The notes below the pieces were generated by a model. That model did not search any database. It was given only the letters and a program-made list of their open reading frames with translations, and had not been told where the DNA came from. Of a stretch of DNA of 64,000 bases, positions 57,641 through 64,000 are shown in pieces. The position numbers and the translations under genes are program-made. Source of the stretch: Macrostomum lignano (Eukaryota). The stretch's first letter is position 1. Each line of letters starts with the position of its first letter. The stretch covers positions 1-64,000 of the forward strand of contig NIVC01000177.1 of NCBI GenBank assembly GCA_002269645.1, in the 5' to 3' direction.

Positions 57641-60600
57641 ACTACTTACTGGCCTGCGAAGTTTTTAACTGAATTCGGCGACTCTACAATGTTAGTTGCA
57701 ATAGGCAACGTTTAGTTAAAAATAAATACAATACAATATACATATAGACAACATACTGAATGCTTTCCAAGTCTTAATTTTTATTCAAAATAACTCTAGA
57801 CTAATATACAAGCAATGTACTACTAAAGCTTTATGGTATCTATAGGACAAATGTAGGACAAATAGGCTAGATAGACTTAGGCAATCTCTTATATCTAAAG
57901 CTGAGTGGATTGATCGATTGACCATTAGACTGGGTTTAATGCGTATTACAACTATATCTAAATTATTAATGGTAAACACTGCTAAGTACATACCAATGAA
58001 CACTAAAGCATTCTTAGTGCATACCAAAATAGGAATCTCTTGTGACAAAAAATTATCATTTTACTACTTACAAGAAAAAATAAATTAAGTGTAATATTTT
58101 TTTTCAGTACTATCTTTATTTCAACTAAACTTTTTTCTAAGACTTTTATTACTGAATACTTATAATTCAATTTATATTCAATTATTAAGACCACTTAACT
58201 TGATAGATATATTAACCAAAACATACTGACTTAATATTGAAGTAACACAAATGATTTATATACTATAAAATTCTAGAGTATACTAAATAAGATTTACATA
58301 ATAATCATATTATAGCCAAAATTTACTTTGTCTATATCTTGGCTATTATATATCAATACTAATGATTAAAACTTGGGTATTTTTAGCCTTTAAACATTCA
58401 TTAATACCTTATAAGTAGCTCTTTATTATTTACTTATAATATATATTGGGTCTAGTTAGACTTGAAGTTAGAATATATATGCTATCGAATTGATAATATG
58501 ATTGATTATTTTATTTATTTATCTTTTAAGACATAAGTGCCAGTTTTTATTTTTTAAAATTTTAAAAACTTATTTTGGGATCTTCCCAAGCTTATGCCAA
58601 ATAGGCTAAGATCTAGAGAATTTATATGTTTAATACAAATTTGCACCATGCCATAGTAATCACTATTGTGACATTGATAGTTCTTTTGTCTCTTTAGTTC
58701 TTTGGTTGGTATTTGCTAGGAATTTTTAATGTATATTTTGATTATTTCAATATGTTGTATTTTTATGTCTGCTGAAAATGGTTAGCAATAATTTGTTTTA
58801 CTAGGTTGGCAATACCTTAATTGACATTTTAAATTCTTTGGCTTCAAAGGAGACAGTTTTAGGGAGATTGGCTAATAGTCTTACTGCTAACAAGTTAATT
58901 ATTACAAGCTATCAAAGAATGCTATCTACCAGATCTAGAACTGTATCTAACCTAAGTAGGCCCTACCATATTTTCTTATAAGATCATAATCTCCAAAGCC
59001 CCTCCAACCTAATTCATTACTTTGTTTGCTTATTAATTATATGTACATATAATAATACTATCTAATAATATACTAATTTATTACTATCTATTTGAGAGAA
59101 AATACAAATAATCAAATCAAATAATTAGCAAGTTGGTCATCAATCACAATCAAGGTTCAATATGTTTATTACTAGTTTTTATATATAAAGCAACTTTTCA
59201 ACATGCAAATCTTATATTTAATTAGATATTTGTTATACTCTGGGTTTTTAGTGCAAAATATATGTATGTACCCTAAATTTAAAAAATGCACCTTGAAATT
59301 GAAAAGTGAATACAGTTTAAGTATAGTCTCATAACCTTTTTTTGAAGTCTCATTTGCTCTTTGCTTTAAAACAAGAAAAAAATAAACTGCACTTTGAGCC
59401 TTAAAATTGCACCTTGAAATTGAGCATAAGGTATAATTTCAAAAAATTTTCTTTGGCAAAAAACCCAGTTTATACCCATAGTCAAGAAGATGGCCTTTTC
59501 ACGGAATATTTTGATGCAAAAGGGGGTTGGACATGTGCTGCACTAGTGCATTCCAGTGCAAAAACAAGCAAAGAAGAAAAATCTGGTGCAGTATAGTGCA
59601 AGACAAAAAATTGGTACAATTTGGTACAAGAAAAACTTCCAATGAGACAATATTTTCTTTGATAGAAAATTAGCATATAGGCCTATAATTTCTTATAATT
59701 AGCACTTTTTATTTGCTAATTTATTGATAGCTTTTTAATTAATTTACATTAACATTACATTTTCTATCAAACATATTCATAGACAAATTTTACTGGCATT
59801 TTTTTAATAGAAAATAACTGATTTTTGCATGGCACAAGTAAACTTTTTTGATAGGATTAGGCCTAGTTCTGGCGCACAGTGCAAGCAAACTTTTTTGATA
59901 AGATTTGTTGTGGTGTACAGCGCAATCAAACTTTTTTGGTAGGATTCATTCTGGTGCAGGTATGCCATAATCCTGACTGGGTTTACACTAGAATAATAAT
60001 ACTAATAATATGTTTATATACATTATTGATTAATAGCAGGGTTTTATATCTAAATAAAAATAAAATTCCATAAAAAGCAGGCCTAATTATTATTATTTAT
60101 AGTAACACAATACATGATAATAGAATAGTACTAGTACAATATAGTTTAATCTGTCTATGAATAGCTAGAATAGTAAGGCGACCTTAATAAAGAGCTAAAT
60201 GTTCAAGTCGTCAACTACCAAAATTGAAATCTCACATCGTCACATGTCTAATCTAAGAAACCTAAAATGACTTGTTATTTAACTTTATTTAATTAAATAA
60301 CACTTTATTTAATCTAGACAATCCAATAAGTTAAGAATGGAATACTTACTTTTGGTTTTATGTATACAGATCAGATGTACAATATATACAGCCTGTACAA
60401 TACTTTGAAAGCTTGCACTAGCAGGATTCAGATGCTTCAGGCAATGTAGATGCCAGGCAAATTACAATTATCAGCGTGAAATCGAACAATATGTTACAAC
60501 AATCACCAGATTGTATTTATTGCACGTGGTATTTACAAATAGTCGTAAGTACGTTCTTAAATTTTCCGGAAATTTTTTCGACTGTCTTTCCACCCTAATG

Positions 60601-60865
60601 GCCTCCGATCTCCCATAAGATAAGATAATCTCTCTAAATTATAATAGGGATAATTTAGACATGCAGCACACTGTTGGGTAACCATCCCTCGCCCGTCAGT
60701 CATGTCGAGTTAGTATATCTACCCCTTGTGGTTTAGTATCCTATATTCGATTTAACCTTTCCACCTCGCAGTTTTTAGATAGTTCTTATTCAAGGCAATT
60801 TAATTATATTTACAATTATTATTTAAGCAGTCTTTGCTGCCGCAAGAGAGAAGTGTTGTTGCTTT

Positions 60866-60908
60866 AGCCAAGGACTACTCAATTAGAGTAGCTGAGTAGT
60901 CCTTGGCT
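60866..60908. repeat. Perfect 15-bp inverted repeat with a 13-nt loop
   Basis: AGCCAAGGACTACTC-AATTAGAGTAGCT-GAGTAGTCCTTGGCT. Confidence 0.8.
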
Positions 60909-62245
60909 TTGGCTTTAGAAGAGAAGAGGTTCAGTATAATGTGTGATCTTTACAACCAGTACATTGATTGCTTTTTGGAGCGCACTTTTTCCTTTTACAT
61001 GAATTTACTTTGTTTCAATCTTCTGAAAACTTCTTAAAAGTTTATTAACCTTAGTAGTACATGGGATTTTAATAGTTAATTATCAGATCTGCATCCTACG
61101 CTCGTAAAGGCCAGAGACTCACACGTAACCAAGTTTTGCGTGCTGTCCATTTGAGGAGGAAACCATAAACCCTTTAGGTCCCCTAAGTCGAAGCGACTTA
61201 CTGTATAGTAACAGGTTGAGAGTCCCGTCTTATTTGCAAAAAAATCTCTTGGTAATTAATTTTGCTCCGGTGACTGGTGTCATGCCTCTGGCACTGGACT
61301 TAAAACACGTACTGGAGCCACGAATGAGATGAATTTATGCATAAATGTAAAAGGGAGCGAGCCAAACATGTACAAAACCAACGCCGGCCCTAGCTTGTTC
61401 AGTCGCGTGGATCTGCATGGTTATTTCACAAAAATGTGCTTAATTGTACACAATGGCACCAATTAGCACTACGGTCTTACCAAGTACTTCTAGACTAGAC
61501 TAGTTAGACAAGTTAGTCTAGAAGTCCTTGGGTCTTACATACATCATGCAATCACTCACATGTTACATGTACATACATGTACTCGTATATGTACATGTAA
61601 TTGTTAACATGTAGCTGAATATGATAAATATTTTAAACAGTCTCACATACATGTTTATTTATATGTACATAGATCGTAATAATTAATATTTGAAAATCAG
61701 CCGTTTTGCATGTTGTTCCAATACATAAATTAACTTTTACTATGTACGTCTTATATGCATACAGGTGCATATATAAAGTTTTTAGATTACTAAAGGAAAG
61801 AGCAAGTCACACGACATATATGCATTCCTTCTACCCACACTTCCTTTCTTTTCGTTCTTTCACACCCTATAGCTCGTTAAAAGGTAAGCGCTTGGCTTTG
61901 TTAGGACACACAGCTGTGCCCGAATGTGAGATTCAACATGCATGTTGGAGGAACTAACGGGGGGAGGAGGTTGGAGGCTTTAGCTTAAGACATTTCATGG
62001 CGCATAGCGGCATAATATTATATAAGTGCGCATTAGTCGCCAAATAATAATTAGCACAGCTATTCAGCTAAAATTAGCAAAACGAATCACAATTGCGAAA
62101 GTTTTCTCTGCTCGTGAGAGCCTTAGGGTCAGCTATTTATTATAGCCAGCGAAAACTAAGGGTCTAAGGCTCTATTTTCTAGATAAATATATAGGATTTT
62201 TTTAGCTAACCAGTACCTAATTTCATAATAGTCGAATTTGATCGA

Positions 62246-63919
62246 ATGCTGGCCAACAGGCGGCGTCAGGTGCTCCGTCTGGCCACCTCGGACCAGGCGT
62301 GCGAGGAGCTGCCGTTGACTGTCGCTGGCACTCAAAGCCATAGCATCGGCGGTGCCGGCCAGCAGGACGCCTGGCAGCGACTGACAGAGCTGGAGCATCG
62401 CCTTCATCAGCCAGTGACCAGCGAACTCATTCAAAATAACAACAATAAGCCTGCTCAAGCTAATACACTGTGCTCAATTTGCCACCAGTTGGACCGTCAT
62501 TACCTGGTGTGGCGCCTGCCACCGGAGTCCGTTCGGCTGAGCCCGCAGGTCGGCCCGACCACATCGGAGTGGGCAGGCGCGGTGACTCGGGCAGCTGAGC
62601 GGGGCAGTCCGGTGCTGCAGAGCCTCTTTGACGAGCTACAAAACGACAACGGCTCGCTCACTTTCGACCAATCAGAGCCCACCAGCCGTCTTGTAGCCGA
62701 CGTTGCCGGCTTCCTCAGCGAGCTGGTCAGCTGTCAGCTGAGTGCCGAGCTGCCCGCAGTGTTCGGCGACGCCTCCGTCACCCTAATCGGCGGCTGGGCT
62801 CAGGAGACGGCGCTGGCCAGCGAATTCCCCGTGCTGGACTTTGTGGTCAACCTGCCCGGCTGGGCCAGCACCAGCCGCCTCTGCCTGTGCCAGCTGGCAC
62901 CGGGCCGGGCCAACGGAGTCGTCGTGCGGCACCGCGCAGCCGGCCCGGCCCAGCTGGTTGAAGCATCCGCGCCGCACCGGGCCTGCGCGTCCGCCATCGA
63001 AACCGCCGTGCTGCAGCGAGCGCTCGGCCTGCTCGAACAGCAGCGCGGCGGTGCCGGCTGGCGGAGTCGCTTGACGCCAAGCCGCGAGCTCGGCTGGTGG
63101 CGCCAGGCCGGACGGGACTGGCCTGCGGAGGCCGCCCAGCCCAAGCGGCTGCGGCTCAACCTGGCCTGGCGGGGGCCGGACGATGCCGCCGCCCGCCTCT
63201 GCGGCGTCAACGTCTGGTTCGGCGTCCCCGTGCTGTTGATGGTCGGCGGGCCGCCCGAGGCGGAGCAGCGGCAGCTGCGCGGCCACCTCCTGCTGGGCGC
63301 CGGAGAGCCGCGGCTGCTCCGGCTGGCGCTGGAGGAGCGCCGATGGGCGCTGAGCCGCAGCCGCGGCTGCCACGACCCGCTGCCGCTGCTCTGCCGGGCG
63401 GCCAAATTCGTGCTGAAGCTCGGCGAATACCTGGCCGAGGACGTCAGCATGACCGGCGAGCACCGGCGCCAGCCGGATCTGTCGTTCTGCGTCAACTCGG
63501 CGCTGCGCGAGCTGGCGCTGCGTTACGGCGACAGCGGCGTCCGGCAAGAGGCCTTCGCCAAAGGCGCGGGTCTGCAGGACCGCCTGCTGGACCTGCTGCG
63601 GGCGCTGCTCGGATCGAGGCTCAGCCGGGAGGAGCCGGCCGTCTTCACGGAGTCGCTGCGGCTCGGTCTCAGCCAGCAGCAGACGTTGTCCGCATCTGCT
63701 TCGTCAGCGACGCCGCTGTCAGAGTCGACGGTGTCGATCGTGCGGTACCTGGAGCGCGCGAACCAGCTGCCGCAGGGCACGGAGAACCTGCTGCCCACCA
63801 TGCTGCAGTATTTTCAGCTGAAAAACCAGCCGGACCGCCTGCTGCGGGGCGATGAAGACGACAGGCTGCTGGGGCTGGCCACTCAGATCTCCTTCGACCT
63901 GCTGACCCTGTCGGACTGA
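62246..63919 (+). CDS. Intronless Mab-21/cGAS-like (cGLR-fold) nucleotidyltransferase homologue, 557 aa, catalytic residues apparently degenerate
   Basis: Long GC-rich ORF with, in the expected order, IGGWAQETALASEFPVLDFVVNL, GVNVWFGVPVL, HLLL...LLRLALEERRWAL, CRAAKFVLK, LSFCVNSALRELA and GLQDRLLDLLRALL. These align by eye to the cGAS/Mab-21 motifs GS...EFDV, VD, WRLSFS..E, CR..CLK.MK, SYHVKTAF and L..C...C..YF. Confidence 0.6.
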   Translation: MLANRRRQVLRLATSDQACEELPLTVAGTQSHSIGGAGQQDAWQRLTELEHRLHQPVTSELIQNNNNKPAQANTLCSICHQLDRHYLVWRLPPESVRLSPQVGPTTSEWAGAVTRAAERGSPVLQSLFDELQNDNGSLTFDQSEPTSRLVADVAGFLSELVSCQLSAELPAVFGDASVTLIGGWAQETALASEFPVLDFVVNLPGWASTSRLCLCQLAPGRANGVVVRHRAAGPAQLVEASAPHRACASAIETAVLQRALGLLEQQRGGAGWRSRLTPSRELGWWRQAGRDWPAEAAQPKRLRLNLAWRGPDDAAARLCGVNVWFGVPVLLMVGGPPEAEQRQLRGHLLLGAGEPRLLRLALEERRWALSRSRGCHDPLPLLCRAAKFVLKLGEYLAEDVSMTGEHRRQPDLSFCVNSALRELALRYGDSGVRQEAFAKGAGLQDRLLDLLRALLGSRLSREEPAVFTESLRLGLSQQQTLSASASSATPLSESTVSIVRYLERANQLPQGTENLLPTMLQYFQLKNQPDRLLRGDEDDRLLGLATQISFDLLTLSD

Positions 63920-64000
63920 TGGGGCCGAAGAAGATTATCTTGCAATTTTGTATTCAGCTATAATTACATCGGAAAGTTGACGGTATAGAAAGAATCAAGT

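Noticed and set aside
57700-62100. AT-rich spacer between Pumilio and the Mab-21-like gene
   Set aside because: It holds only short ORFs and faint degenerate repeats (e.g. TGCACCTTGAAATTGA twice near 59286 and 59408); nothing supportable.
62783-63855. Overlapping 230-254-aa ORFs on both strands within the Mab-21-like gene
   Set aside because: They are expected shadows of very high-GC coding sequence; only the 557-aa frame shows ordered motifs.

Overview
Eukaryotic (metazoan) genomic DNA. GC-rich, Ala/Gln/Gly-tract-rich exons sit in AT-rich, repeat-dense DNA; a free-living flatworm such as Macrostomum is my guess from this style, not something the sequence proves. I reconstructed seven genes by hand from GT-AG splice sites and reading phase: a divergent Tctex-1-domain gene (+), a TASK-type K2P potassium channel (+, 5 exons), coatomer delta/ARCN1 (-, 4 exons), a RING-CH/MARCH-like two-TM E3 ligase (+), an atypical intronless FoxA-class gene (+), Pumilio (-, 5 exons, 8 canonical PUF repeats) and an intronless Mab-21/cGAS-like (cGLR-fold) gene whose catalytic residues look degenerate (+). 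Nearly every large intron holds its own minisatellite, which explains the many very long low-complexity ORFs in the track. Mobile elements: non-autonomous DNA elements with TIRs (several with exact 8-bp TSDs), a 1.7-kb foldback element flanked by TTAA, and a tRNA-derived SINE. No rRNA, intact tRNA or CRISPR array was found.
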